Below, one piece after another: positions 9,260 to 21,149 of a stretch of 64,000 nt of DNA; the first letter of the stretch is position 1; each line of letters starts with the position of its first letter. The notes beneath the pieces were generated by a model. The model had not been told where the DNA came from. It saw only the letters and a program-made list of their open reading frames with translations, and did no database searches. Source of the DNA: an uncultured virus (IMG/VR IMGVR_UViG_3300037088_000381) (taxonomy: Duplodnaviria; Heunggongvirae; Uroviricota; Caudoviricetes). The stretch lies in IMG/VR virus record IMGVR_UViG_3300037088_000381; one strand, written 5' to 3'. Both the position numbers and the translations under genes were made by a program.

Positions 9260-12200
9260 ATGGTTCGTCGTATCCTGGATGTAGTAGAAGTTGAAACAAG
9301 GAAACCTTTCCATAGTCTTAAAGGTAATGGTACATGGAACGTATTGGAATTGTTTCCTAAGCGAGAGCTTCAGTATCTTGCAAAGATATGTAGGCTTCCC
9401 CGGTCTGGGACTCGGTCGGACATAATTAGTCGGTTATGTGTCTTTCATCAGAGTCGTTATGGTGGTTTGCGTATGAAGGTAACATTAAGATAAGGAGTAG
9501 ATATGCGGATATGTTTATTGGTTTTAATATCCTTTGTAGTAGTGTATGGAGGACAGCCTTGGTATCAGGAGTATGTAGAAGCTTCACAATCAATGATGCG
9601 GTGGTTAATGTTTCCTTGGGGGTTTTTAATTATCCTTGGGTTAGCTGTGTTGTTAATAACGAAGATCATTAAGTATGGGTATAAGATTATAGGTAGCTTC
9701 TTCAGGGATGGTATGTAATGAAACAGTATCCAAGGTTTTATGGGGACGAGAGTATTAGAACTGTGACACTCTCTGGAAGTTCTAAGGATCGACGTAAGCA
9801 ACTAAGGAAGTTATGCAAGGACAATCCAGACTGCAAGGTCACACTTCATGCTCCTATAGTTATGAAGACTCTTAATGGTGAGAGGGTTGAATGTGATGAG
9901 GCCAATGTAGTGAGGACTCAGGTACGGATAACGAAAGAAATAAGGAATGATAAGGAGGAGAATGATATATAACACTGTTCATATAAATCCTACAAAGGTA
10001 TCAAAGCATAAGGAATCGTGGGAGGTTAGTATAGATAAGAGCAACAAAATGGATCGAGAGGACACTAAAACCTTACCAAATCCTTTAGGGTTCTACCATT
10101 ACCCAGAGGCTATGAGTGAGCGAGAAGCTACTGAGACTCTTATAAAGGTTATGGTTGGTAGGCATGAAGAGGAGATAGCCAGGCTTACTGTATCTAAAAA
10201 TGCCTTATTACTTTTATTAAGCGAGGTAATTAATGATAAGGAGGGTTAGATGAATGTAGTAAATGCTGATAGAAGTAACAACGTGGAAATTGTTCCAGAG
10301 AAATGGCCTGGGTATTCTATAGAAAAGAAGTCTAGGTTTCTGCCTCCTCTAAGTTCTTTGCTTGAGAGGATTGCCAAGCACTCTGGACGTGGTGAGTATG
10401 CTGAAAATCTTAAGAGGGGTATCCATAGGAAGTTTAAGTACCTATTAGATGAATGTCTCTGCAATGACTCTATAGCGAGTATGTGTGATGATGAGGGTAA
10501 GCCAAGTATGGATAAAGCTTTTGTTATTCTTGGTAAGGCTTACATACGGTTAAACGTAATCGACGAGATCAACAAGTCAATCAATGAAGCTTTGAACAGT
10601 ATCTATGTAACACATTGGAGCAAGGAGCTCTGGGATCTAAGGCAGGTCTGCATCGAGCAGAAGAGACTTGCTGAGGAGTTGGTTCGATCCATATACTATC
10701 ATAAGGAGAAAGAGAATGAGAAATCAATTCCAGAAGTTAGTGTCCCAGGGTGAGGATGCCCGTGATAAGTTAAGGGAAGCAATCAATAACCTTCCCGAGA
10801 CGTCTGGGGTAACTAAGTTGGGTAATAACTGTGTGACTGTACCTCTGAGTCTCCTAAGTGGGCATAACAATTGGAGTCCTTCTTATTGGATCTCTAAGGA
10901 AACGAAGCAGTTGCTTTTGAATGTAGTTGATTCCAAGAGGCCCGTGGACGGGTTCATTAAGGCGATGGATGAGATTATTAAGACTGGATGTGTGATAGAG
11001 CCTAAAGCAAGTTGTTACACGAGTGCTGGGCCTAAGATTCGTATTGCTCCTAATGTATTGGAGGAGTTAAAGAAGGTCTGGAATTGTTTAGGCTGTACGG
11101 ATTACGGTAAAGAGAAGTTACCTGCAAATGAGTCTCAGTGTTTAATATGTAATCGTTTTTACGGGGATAGATACAGACAATAACCTTTTAAATGGGAGAA
11201 GTAATATGAAAATTTTGAATGGTATCCTTTTAATGAGTCCACTTGTACTATGGATAATTGTTCGTTGTGTTGCGAGTTTGAATTTCAGTGTTGATTGTGG
11301 GGGTCATATAAAAAGGGCTGCTGATGCGAATACGATTGAGCTTGCAGCTCAGGAGCTTAGGACGGTGATAACTTATTGTGATGAGCATAAACTTACGTCT
11401 GGGGTGGTGTCTATAATAATAAAGCAACCGAAGAATGATGTAGGTTTTTGGTATACAAATCTTAAGGCATCGCTTACGGAGTTAGATAAGGTGACAGAAA
11501 CTACGTCACAGCTTGAGAAGACTAACATACTTATAAAATTACGGGAGACTTTGGTGGATCATGGTCAGTCTGGGATGAGTATAACTGTACCTGATGGTAT
11601 AACAATTTACCCACACAATGTAATGTATTTTTGGTGGGCAGTAATTGGGACGTTATTAGCGTGTGTCGGTGCTGGTTTAGTCTATCAACATCTTAGTGAA
11701 TGGTAGTTTGATAATCCTTACTATGGAGGTTAGGAGTAATCATGAAACACATACTCGAAGAGTTAGCCGAAGTAGCTAAGAGTAATCTCATAGAGAATGG
11801 ATACATAGCTTCGGTTATGTTTTGGTTTAAAGGCAATCAAATGATGAGGCCCATGCTCTTCAAGGACTTTGATGATTGTAATGGTGATGATATTAACACT
11901 CGGAATGCTTTTGTAGCGGGTATCATGTCGAATAAAATGGGGGCTGACTTGGTTGTGTTACTAACCGATGCAGCTTTCAGACATATCACCGATGGAAAGA
12001 TACCTTCCTCTCCAGAGGAGCAACCTTTATCCTATCCCAGATCGATGCGAACGGAATGTATAGTTATTATTGGTATCAAGGTTCCATCTGGTGAGTCTGA
12101 TGTGATGATGGTTCCTTATAAGGGTGGAGAAGGTGAGCCTGTAGAATTTATTCCTAATGAACTACCTAAAGAAGCTAAGTTTGAGACTCGGTTCTCGGAC

Positions 12201-12976
12201 TTGGTTGTTCAAGGGTGGAAGAAGGCGAGTATGTTTCCTAGCATCGAGGCAATGAACTAAGGAGTATATCATGTCAGATAATTGTGCTGATTGTGGAAGT
12301 CACAAAATTTATCCCGACCCAGACCCGAGCGATTGGTTCTGTGATGATGATGTGAAGGTAAGGTGTGAAGCAAACGGCCAGATGATAACCGTTGGTTGTC
12401 GGCCTCATCGTGTAAGGCAGGAGTGTGAGACTCCTGAATGGTGTCCCAAGAAAGCGAAAGCAGTAAAGGTAGTTGAAGAAAGTATGAATGAGTATACAAT
12501 CGTTGGCATTTATGCTGATGTTCAACAACTTGGATCGCTCAAGTAGTATCAAGTGATCCTACCAATGCGGCCATTAAAGGAATAGAAAAGATACATGCTG
12601 CTGATAGTGTGGAAATAGAAGACATATTTGTTGTGGGTATTCTTAAAGGTCACGTTGAGATGGCCTTAATCACGGATAAGATTCTCAACTTATGGGGTCT
12701 TAATGCTCTGGCCAAGAAGGAGGGTACATGATAATCAATGTTGCACACAAGAAAAAGAATCAGATTACGGTAGACATAAGGTGCAATCAGATACGTTATG
12801 TACATGACGTTCAAGGACATGGGAAGATAGAGTTCAATGATATATCCCAGACGACTTCCGAGTGTTACCAGTATCTCTTTGAGAACAACAAGGACTCCTT
12901 CCTTGAGAGTCTGGCAGAGGAGATGTCCGACTTCTTAATGAAGGGGATCAACACGAAAGACTTGGTGATAGTATGA
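9260..12976 (+). other. Cluster of hypothetical CDSs (9260, 9503, 9718, 9947, 10250, ~10716, 11206 membrane protein, 11742, 12271, 12728)
   Basis: Contiguous ORFs with RBS or overlapping stop/start codons. Confidence 0.65.
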
Positions 12977-13383
12977 ATCGAGCAAAACTTTATGCCTATT
13001 ATCTGGAGAAGGCTGCTCATATAAACTGCATGATTGATTTGATAAACAAACTTCCTTTGTGTTCCGAGAAGAGTCCTGATAAGATCATTCGATTCCGTGT
13101 TACATACCGTACTATAAACGATTGTTATGTAGGTGATCTGTTAGCAATCCCCAGACGATTCAATACCGAGTCCCTTATTATAGATGCAGTGGCGGGAGAT
13201 GATGCCTACCCTTTATATCGTGTTCCTCTTGGAGATACTAATGAAGGGCGTATATGTTTAAAGTTTAGGGACATTGTTTCTTGGGAAGAGTTTCAAGATA
13301 TTAACTTACCCTTGTACATTACTAAACAGATAAAGACCTTCTACCTAGAGAAAGCTTTTAAAAGAGTTCAGAAAGGTAATTGA
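12973..13383 (+). CDS. Hypothetical protein with C-terminal LPLY tag
   Basis: ...DINLPLYITKQIKTFYLEKAFK. Confidence 0.7.
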   Translation: MNRAKLYAYYLEKAAHINCMIDLINKLPLCSEKSPDKIIRFRVTYRTINDCYVGDLLAIPRRFNTESLIIDAVAGDDAYPLYRVPLGDTNEGRICLKFRDIVSWEEFQDINLPLYITKQIKTFYLEKAFKRVQKGN

Positions 13384-13497
13384 TATGGATGTATCACCCT
13401 GTTGCAATAAGGATATGGAGAAAATAAAACTATCAGTATATAAATGTCCTGGCTGTGGTAAAGAATGGCAACGGACTTTTGACCCAGACCTGAACAA

Positions 13498-13893
13498 ATG
13501 GGGATGGAAGGAGTTCAAATGATTGAAATGACTGTATGGCATAACAATAACTTCCTGAAGTATGCTTTTGATAACTACACGACCATGAGTCAGTACCGGG
13601 TCCTGGGCCAGACTTCGGCGGTTAAAGTAGCCGAAGTTAAATCTGATTGTTTAGCTCAAGCGTACGAGCTTACGAATAACATTGACCGTCCTTGGACTGA
13701 GAACTCTGGAGTAAGATCGTTTGGGGATGGCAGGTCGATACGATCTACTTCAGTAGGGGATATTATATATACTCCATCTGAGACTTCCAATCTGGAGCGT
13801 GAAGGGTATTATGTGGTGGAGAATTTTGGATTCAGGTGGATAAGTAATCCTGTAGAACTTAAAAAGATAACATTTCTCCAGGCTTTAGTATGA
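13498..13893 (+). CDS. YodL-like domain protein
   Basis: RSTSVGDII...YYVV..FGF motif. Confidence 0.55.
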   Translation: MGMEGVQMIEMTVWHNNNFLKYAFDNYTTMSQYRVLGQTSAVKVAEVKSDCLAQAYELTNNIDRPWTENSGVRSFGDGRSIRSTSVGDIIYTPSETSNLEREGYYVVENFGFRWISNPVELKKITFLQALV

Positions 13894-14298
13894 ATCTAAA
13901 CGAACAACAGAAGGCCAAGCGTAAAGAAGTTTTGACGACGATGGTTAAACAATATAAAGAAAGTCACCCTTGGCTTACTACACGACAGGCTGTTTATGAA
14001 GTAGGAGAGATACTTGAAAATGATCCTGTTCAACTACGGATCATCAATGCTTTATCAGCGAGTGCTACAATAGAAGGGAGTATCAATGTTAAAGATCATC
14101 TGCTTATACAGTAGTCCAGTAATGTGGTTCACGCTCTGGTTGGTTCTTCTCTTTATCTTTGGCGCTATTCTAAAGCGAATGTTTCCAAAGATTAAAGATC
14201 ATATATACTTCGGAACTGTTGGAGTCATTACAGCAATGCTTATAATAAGTGTTGTCATTACATACAGCCAGTTACTCTTTAGCGAATAGGGAGGATAG

Positions 14299-15420
14299 AT
14301 GAGCATAGTAAGATCGGTTGATCTTTCTTTCTGTGAGGGGTCAAGCGATAAAGAATACCACATGCAGATCATCAACGGCAATGGTGGTATGTTTACCCTC
14401 AATTGCCAATGGGGTCGAAGAGGTTCCACTCTCCAGAGCCAGGGCAAGGTTGTAGATGTACCCTTAGCTAAGGCTGAAGCGACCTATCAAAAGGTATTGG
14501 ATGAGAAACTTGGTAAGGGTTATCAACTCGATCTTGAATCGGGTTCAACCTACGTAACTCCAGAGGATAAGAAGGCCCCTGTGAAAACTAAGATGGATAC
14601 CACGGGGGAACTCAAACGTAAGATCCAGATTGACTGGGGTGATGAAGAGAAACTTATCCCCCAACTCCTTAACCCCATAGAAGAAAGTGAGGTTGAAAAG
14701 TATCTCAAGGATGGTGAGTGGGGAGCACAGGAAAAGAAAGACGGCAAGCACCAGATGCTTCGGTACATTGATGCCAAGCTAACCGCCTTCAATAAGAAGG
14801 GCAAAGAGGTTGGCTATCCCAAGGTCTGGGCCGACGCCTTATGCACTCCCGTTCTCTTGGACGGGGAAGCAATTGGTGATACCTTTCATGCCTTCGACAT
14901 ACTGGAAAGGTCCGGTAAAGATTATCGGAAGTTGAAATACATTACTCGACATGCCGAGTTAACGACTGTGGAGTTCGGTGAGTCTATCAAGATTGTTCCT
15001 TTAGCTATGGGCTACAAGGATAAGAAAGCTTTATACGATCAGCTCCTCAAGGATGGTAAGGAAGGGGTAGTATTTAAGAAGCTATCCTCAGAACATAAGC
15101 CAGGCCGTCCTGCGTCTGGTGGAGACATGGTTAAGTTTAAGTTCTATTCCACGGCCTCGGTTCGAGTAGTGAAGGGTAGAGAAGGTAAGCGGTCGATAGG
15201 TATGGAGATTCTGGATGGAAGTAAGTGGATCTTCATTGGTAACTGTACGATACCTCCCAATAAGGAAGTCCCGAAGCTCGGGGACATAGTTGAGATACGG
15301 TATCTTAATTACCAGGAAGGTGGGGCATTGTATCAACCTACGTACTTGGAAGTACGAGATGATACGGACCCAGAGGACTGTGTAAAGGCTCAATTAAAAT
15401 ATAAAGTCGTAGAAGAATAA
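14299..15420 (+). CDS. WGR-domain ATP-dependent DNA ligase
   Basis: N-terminal SDKEY...QWGRRG...EKLGKGY (WGR); QEKKDG motif I, LLDGE, AFDIL, EGVVFK, KFKF; OB-fold EIRY...LYQP.Y...RDD. Confidence 0.85.
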   Translation: MSIVRSVDLSFCEGSSDKEYHMQIINGNGGMFTLNCQWGRRGSTLQSQGKVVDVPLAKAEATYQKVLDEKLGKGYQLDLESGSTYVTPEDKKAPVKTKMDTTGELKRKIQIDWGDEEKLIPQLLNPIEESEVEKYLKDGEWGAQEKKDGKHQMLRYIDAKLTAFNKKGKEVGYPKVWADALCTPVLLDGEAIGDTFHAFDILERSGKDYRKLKYITRHAELTTVEFGESIKIVPLAMGYKDKKALYDQLLKDGKEGVVFKKLSSEHKPGRPASGGDMVKFKFYSTASVRVVKGREGKRSIGMEILDGSKWIFIGNCTIPPNKEVPKLGDIVEIRYLNYQEGGALYQPTYLEVRDDTDPEDCVKAQLKYKVVEE

Positions 15421-15433
15421 CATTGGAGGTCTA

Positions 15434-15820
15434 ATGTTTAAAAGCAATCGTAGTGGGTTCACTCTTATACAGTTGTTGGTTGTGTTAGTTTTCTTTGCCA
15501 TCATTGGTTCTGTTGTCTATGGGTATGGGCAGAAATTCTTTTCCAGATCCGAGCATGTCGGGGTGGTAAAGAATGTAGCTTCGATGACACCCAATGCAGT
15601 TATCGGCCATGTCAGTCAGGGTTATTATTCCTTCTCCATAGATATGGAGTGTGAGGGTAGTGAAATTGTTTCATTCTCTTCGGAGGATAGGAAGTTCTCT
15701 ACGGTTAATAAGGGTGATTCAATTCGGGTTGTTACTTTTACATATCCTTTTTGGAGCTTAGATAAGGCGGGTACGTTATACGGTGGTAGGTTGATTAAAA
15801 AATATAAGCTTGGACAATAA
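15434..15820 (+). CDS. Prepilin-type (class III signal peptide) protein
   Basis: KSNRSG|FTLIQLLVVLVFFAIIG; Gln in place of Glu at +5. Confidence 0.7.
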   Translation: MFKSNRSGFTLIQLLVVLVFFAIIGSVVYGYGQKFFSRSEHVGVVKNVASMTPNAVIGHVSQGYYSFSIDMECEGSEIVSFSSEDRKFSTVNKGDSIRVVTFTYPFWSLDKAGTLYGGRLIKKYKLGQ

Positions 15821-15837
15821 TTATTTCGACGGCCTTG

Positions 15838-15870
15838 GGGAGTGATAGAGTATCATCACTCCCTTTCTTT
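15838..15870 (+). terminator. Hairpin, probable terminator
   Basis: GGGAGTGAT...ATCACTCCC followed by TTTCTTT. Confidence 0.6.
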
Positions 15871-15887
15871 ATCCAGGAGGATACAAC

Positions 15888-16373
15888 ATGCCCAGAGCAA
15901 ACACACCAGCAAAACAAATGGGGTCTATCAAGTCAACACCAGAGCCTAAATTTAAAATAGGTCAGAAAGTTTTAATAGACTATAGGCATCCTTCTGATAA
16001 ACCTTTCTTTGAACGAACATATCTCAGATATTTAATAAGAAAAGATCGAAAGATCCATAACCGCCTCCTTAAAGGAGGGTACATAAAAGGTAGCAAGCTT
16101 TCTGATGGGTGTAAGAATGAGATTAGAGAGTGCATTAAAAGACTTCGGGAAGCTACTGAAGTAGAGATCGTAGGAATTGTTCCTTGGAGTATGTACAACA
16201 TTGACTCAGTTCAGTTTAACGAATGTTATGTAGGAGGAGTCTCTGGGGCTTCGGCTCCAATGGAATACCATTATCAAATACTTATTCGATTTAAGAATGA
16301 CAAAGGTAATAACATTGCTTTAATAACTGGTTGTCCTGTTGGAAGTGCTAACAGTTTCAAGGAGGTACTATGA
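15888..16373 (+). CDS. Hypothetical protein
   Basis: AGGAGG RBS. Confidence 0.7.
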   Translation: MPRANTPAKQMGSIKSTPEPKFKIGQKVLIDYRHPSDKPFFERTYLRYLIRKDRKIHNRLLKGGYIKGSKLSDGCKNEIRECIKRLREATEVEIVGIVPWSMYNIDSVQFNECYVGGVSGASAPMEYHYQILIRFKNDKGNNIALITGCPVGSANSFKEVL

Positions 16374-16615
16374 TAGACGACACAGAAGAAACACGAAGAT
16401 TCTTAACATCTAAAATCAATTCAGTTCAAGCTCAACGAGAAGAGCTTGAGAAGAAGCACGGCCAGGTCTGGGACACGCAGGAGTTGACCCGAGACTTTAC
16501 CGTGAAAAGTTTCCTTGCTCCCTTTGTTTCTGTAGTAAGGAAAGCGGATGGAGTTCCTGGGGCGTTACTGTTTCAACATGATCCTAGATATTACTTTAAT
16601 TTTACGGAGGATTAA
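16370..16615 (+). CDS. Hypothetical protein
   Basis: AAGGAGG RBS; WDT.EL..DF.V..F.APFV.V.RK.DG..G.L.FQH.PRYYF. Confidence 0.7.
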   Translation: MIDDTEETRRFLTSKINSVQAQREELEKKHGQVWDTQELTRDFTVKSFLAPFVSVVRKADGVPGALLFQHDPRYYFNFTED

Positions 16616-16847
16616 TATGAGTTTTGATTCATACCAAATTAATAAAAGGCTTGAGGCTATTAAATCTCTCGATGATTATTACACACAAATAATGGACCTC
16701 AACAAGATGAGCCTTGTTTTATTTCTTGATGAGTTCAAGGAGTCATAATTTAAAAAGGACATTCAAGCAGCCCTCAAACCAATCATTGAAAAATACCAAA
16801 GCAAACTTAAAGAGGCTGTTAAAAAATTCGTATAAGGAGTAACGACT

Positions 16848-17294
16848 ATGGCTCTCAGTCAACAATTGAAAGCCTATATGTCTGAACTAAAAACAGACCT
16901 CAAGGCTTCCAAAGAACAACTTAGTATTTATAGGCAGATAAGAAAAGGAACATTGGTCTATGCCGAACACTTACATATCAATACAGCCAGAGACGGCGTA
17001 GGTGGATGGCACTCCTCTTACAAGCCAGCTCTTTTAAAGTATAGAGACTGGAATTACTGTGAGGAAGGTTTTGCATTAGAGTTCGATGTGATAGCTTCAC
17101 AAGACTCTGAACCTTATAACCCACCATACCAACTTGAATACTCTGGTAGACAGGCCCAGATAAGAGGGCCCAAGTATTATATAGCTGACAAGATAAAGAT
17201 TATACCGCTTCTTAATCTGCCCCTGTTTCTTGATTACCCGTATAAGACTAGCTTGTTCGAGAAACTTTTCAAGGAGAATAAATGTTTGAAATAA
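16848..17294 (+). CDS. Hypothetical protein with C-terminal LPLF tag
   Basis: ...LNLPLFLDYPYKTSLFEKLFKE. Confidence 0.7.
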   Translation: MALSQQLKAYMSELKTDLKASKEQLSIYRQIRKGTLVYAEHLHINTARDGVGGWHSSYKPALLKYRDWNYCEEGFALEFDVIASQDSEPYNPPYQLEYSGRQAQIRGPKYYIADKIKIIPLLNLPLFLDYPYKTSLFEKLFKENKCLK

Positions 17295-18601
17295 AAGGTA
17301 AGTACACAACCGCTAAAGTAATGATAGATGACGTGGAAGAAAGTTGTGTTGCCCAGATAACTCAATTCGTTAACCATCCAGCCTTCACTAAACAAGTTTC
17401 TATCATGCCCGATACCCATGCAGGTCGGGGAAGCGTCATAGGTTTCACCATGCCTTTGACCGACAAAGTAATTCCCAATGTCGTGGGAGTGGACATCGGA
17501 TGTGGTATGCTTTCCATAAACATTGGTAAGAGTTTACCTTTATCCTTGGAACATCTTGACCATAAGATTCGCCAGAGAGTTCCTTTCGGAATGAGTACCC
17601 ATGATAAAGCTGTTATCAATATGGAGCGAGCATTTCCCTGGCATCAAGCAAACACCCTTGCTCAGAAGTTCTCCTTAGCTTATCGTGAGAAGTACGGAGA
17701 GATAAGTATACCTTCCTATGATATGAATTGGTTCATGAGTAAGTGTGAGAAGATAAGGGCAGGAGGTATGCGGCGATTCATTAACTCCATCGGGACTCTG
17801 GGTGGTGGCAACCATTTTATCGAGACAGGTCTTTCCGATACAGGAGATTACTGGATTACAATACATACAGGGAGTCGTAACTTCGGTAAGTGTGTATGTG
17901 ATTACTGGCAGGGTAAAGCTGCTAAGGACTTCAAGAGAGAAGGTAAGGATGGAGTTCTACAGCAGATCGAGCAACTCAAAAAAGATACAGCCGATAAGAA
18001 GGAGTTGTTTAATAAGATCAAGGAACTAAAGGCCCAGAGAAAGCCTGGCATTGATCTTAAAGGGTGTGAGTGGCTTGAGGGTGAGGATGCAATAGGTTAT
18101 TTGTTCGACATGATCTTCTCCCAGATCTATGCTGAGGTTAATCGCAACTACATCAAAACAATTATCTGTGATGCTCTTAGTGTTGTTCCTGTCGAAACAA
18201 TTGAAACTGTCCATAACTTTATCGACTTCCGAGACTTCATAGTACGTAAGGGAGCTATTCGCTCTTACGTAGGTGAACAAATGATCCTTCCCTTTAACAT
18301 GAGGGACGGTATTCTTATCTGTGAGGGTAAGTCTAATCCTGAATGGAACTTCTCGGCCCCGCATGGGGCAGGGCGATTGATGAGTAGGGGACAGGCGAAA
18401 AGGGAAATCAATCTTGAGGAGTTCAAGTCTCAAATGGTAGGAATTTATTCCACGTCTGTAGGGTCTGGGACGTTAGATGAAGCACCCGATGCTTATAAGC
18501 CTGCCCAGGTAATAGAGAATGCCATAGGGCCAACGGCAACGATTGTAGGAAGGATTAAGCCCATACATAACATGAAGGACTCACAAGGAGAGGATGATTA
18601 A
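17282..18601 (+). CDS. rtcB: RtcB family RNA ligase
   Basis: MPDTHAG, VGVDIGCGM, GTLGGGNHFIE, IHTGSR, HNFID, RKGA, SAPHGAGR, DEAPDAYK. Confidence 0.95.
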   Translation: MFEIKGKYTTAKVMIDDVEESCVAQITQFVNHPAFTKQVSIMPDTHAGRGSVIGFTMPLTDKVIPNVVGVDIGCGMLSINIGKSLPLSLEHLDHKIRQRVPFGMSTHDKAVINMERAFPWHQANTLAQKFSLAYREKYGEISIPSYDMNWFMSKCEKIRAGGMRRFINSIGTLGGGNHFIETGLSDTGDYWITIHTGSRNFGKCVCDYWQGKAAKDFKREGKDGVLQQIEQLKKDTADKKELFNKIKELKAQRKPGIDLKGCEWLEGEDAIGYLFDMIFSQIYAEVNRNYIKTIICDALSVVPVETIETVHNFIDFRDFIVRKGAIRSYVGEQMILPFNMRDGILICEGKSNPEWNFSAPHGAGRLMSRGQAKREINLEEFKSQMVGIYSTSVGSGTLDEAPDAYKPAQVIENAIGPTATIVGRIKPIHNMKDSQGEDD

Positions 18602-18857
18602 ATGCAAACGTATCTTCAGTACGGGCTTTCTGTATCTGTATGTTTCATTATCTTCTGTGTGATGGATCACGTAATGGGTCGAAGAATAAAGTTTGGTTAC
18701 AATTTATTCTACTGCCTGTGGTTATCATTTGCATACTCTTTATTTGCAAAAGGTTTTGTTATAACAGGATTACTTTTATGGGTAGCATCATTATTCTGTT
18801 CATGTTTTATATACAACACCCTCTTTATAAGGAGGGTTAAAACCAAGGAGTAAAGCT

Positions 18858-19571
18858 ATGTACTATACCTTTGATGGCAATGAGATTAAGAATGGTGTAT
18901 GGCAACCCATTGATCCTTATGACTACAACAAATTAAGTTATGGAGACTTCCATGAGTTCAAAGGTACGGTAACAGATGAGTTGTTAAAGACTCTCTATGT
19001 TATGCCCGACCTATTATCTGGTGGAGATTACTGTAACAGTTCTGAAGTTCATATCTCTAACCATCGAATCTTTTTAAAAGAGTTCGGTAAGGTTACAGGA
19101 GTTCATAACCTATACGGCGGATATGGAACCTTTGCCATAGCAATACGGGCTGACATAGCCGAGTCCCATGAAGGAATAAAAGAAACCCTTGATGGTCTGG
19201 ATGATTATCCCGTCATAGATGAAGAGGATATGAGCAAGTTAAGAAACGATTGGGAACAAGAAGCTGTTAAGGAGATGGTACATAACGTCCAGCGTTCCAT
19301 TGAAAATGATCTTGAAGAGTATATGGAAGACACCGAAGTAGACAGCGACAAGATTGAGTTACTTATATGGGATGGTATCAATGACTTGAATCTGGATTGG
19401 TCTTACGAATCTAACTCAGCGTATATGGATGATGATAAGGTTATCCCTTTCGTTGAGGATCAAATATTACTTGAGCGATGTAAGAGAACAACACTTCCAT
19501 TACTCATTACTCGGCAGTGGTCTTGCAAGGCTACCCAGAATAAATTCGAATCAAAACTAAAAGGAGAATAA
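18858..19571 (+). CDS. Hypothetical protein with C-terminal LPLL tag
   Basis: L.DYPVIDEE motif; ends LPLLITRQWSCKATQNKFESKLKGE. Confidence 0.75.
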   Translation: MYYTFDGNEIKNGVWQPIDPYDYNKLSYGDFHEFKGTVTDELLKTLYVMPDLLSGGDYCNSSEVHISNHRIFLKEFGKVTGVHNLYGGYGTFAIAIRADIAESHEGIKETLDGLDDYPVIDEEDMSKLRNDWEQEAVKEMVHNVQRSIENDLEEYMEDTEVDSDKIELLIWDGINDLNLDWSYESNSAYMDDDKVIPFVEDQILLERCKRTTLPLLITRQWSCKATQNKFESKLKGE

Positions 19572-19576
19572 ATATT

Positions 19577-19930
19577 ATGAGTGGATCAATACGCCTTCAT
19601 AAAGAACATGGATTGAATCCTACAATCTCTACCTGTTTCTTTTGTGGCCAGGATAAGAATGAATTGGTTCTTCTGGGAGCTGCTTATAAAGAACAGGCTC
19701 CTATGCACATGGTAATGAATAAGGAACCCTGTGATACTTGTAAGGGTTACATGGAGCAAGGGGTGATGTTAATATCAGTACGTGATGGAGAGCATGGAGA
19801 TAACCCGTATAAGACTGGCAAGATTGCAGTGGTTAAAGTAGAGTACATGCAGAGAGTAAGCCCAGGCTTCAAGGGTCGTATAGCTTTCATAGAAGATTCT
19901 GTGTGGACAAAGTTAGGACTTCCAGAGTAG
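19577..19930 (+). CDS. Hypothetical Zn-binding protein
   Basis: HGLNP...CFFCG...EPCDTC. Confidence 0.7.
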   Translation: MSGSIRLHKEHGLNPTISTCFFCGQDKNELVLLGAAYKEQAPMHMVMNKEPCDTCKGYMEQGVMLISVRDGEHGDNPYKTGKIAVVKVEYMQRVSPGFKGRIAFIEDSVWTKLGLPE

Positions 19931-20511
19931 GAGTAATTTATGGGAATGAATTTTATAAAAGGGGCACTTCTTTATATGGCCCTTGAAAGTTTAGTGCGGG
20001 ATATAATGGGTAAGGAAGCGTACATTATATATGTAAGAGACGCCTGGTTATCTGGATGGTACACAGTTCCTTTTGCCCTTATAGCTTTAGCTTTTATTAT
20101 CATCGACACTGTACAGGATCAAATCAAACTTAATAAACTTTACAAGAAGTATGTAACCAATGAAACTAAGAGTACCATTACCAAAACAAACTGAAGCGGT
20201 CTTTAAAGACAAGCGGAAGTACGACCGTAAGAAAACCAAGAAGATTATAAATGAGGAGGTAGGCAATGAGAACAACAAAGGACCATCTCCCTTGGGAAAA
20301 AAATAAACTCTTTTGGGTATGTCCAGAGTGTGGAGAAGTTAATGCTTACAGTTACGACGATGCTGAACGTGCTGCTAAGAAACTTAAAGTTGTTAAAGTT
20401 TTTATCTGTTATGGGAGTTGCTTTGATAATATTTGTGGGAGCTGTGGATCGAACATAGTTAAACCAGACTCCCCGATCCTTGCTTCATGTTACACTCATG
20501 AAGGAGATTAA

Positions 20512-20883
20512 ATGGATAACAGGCTTTCTTTAATTAGAGACTCTGAGCGAATGATAAAATTTTACCAACTGAAATTAAATACTCTCAACATATTGGAACG
20601 TGGTTATGTTTATTCTTTCAAGAGCAGGTATGGTAATGGTAATAATTACATGGGCCGTGTGGTTGCATTCAGTACCAACTCTGTAAGGTTTGAAGTATTT
20701 ACCTCTAGTTTTAGTACCAATTGGCTGTCAAAGAATTTTCAAACCTTTTATTATGATGCCTTTGAAAACCTTCAGCAGTTAAAATCTAAAACCGATCTTA
20801 TACTTTACATGAATTGGAATTGGTTGAGTCCTGATTACTTGGCCCTGTTAAAAGGTACGAGTAAGCTTAGACTTAAGTTCTAA
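20512..20883 (+). CDS. Hypothetical protein with C-terminal tag variant
   Basis: ...TDLILYMNWNWLSPDYLALLKG. Confidence 0.65.
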   Translation: MDNRLSLIRDSERMIKFYQLKLNTLNILERGYVYSFKSRYGNGNNYMGRVVAFSTNSVRFEVFTSSFSTNWLSKNFQTFYYDAFENLQQLKSKTDLILYMNWNWLSPDYLALLKGTSKLRLKF

Positions 20884-21149
20884 GTTCTTTTATACCAACA
20901 ACGTAAGGATATGGTTATGAGTGTATTCTTTTTAAACCCGACCAATGATTCTAACCCTGATTTAATTTGTCCTTACTGCAAACAGGGCTTGAAAGTAGAG
21001 ACTGTTGAGGAACCCTGTGATGGTATGGAAATAAAATCCTGCCCTGAGTGCAATAAAGAAATAGAAGTAAGTACGAGAATACGTATTACTTACTATGCAT
21101 ACGTTAGAGGAACCATGTCTCGAATGGGACTTGAACCAGGAGTGTAATC

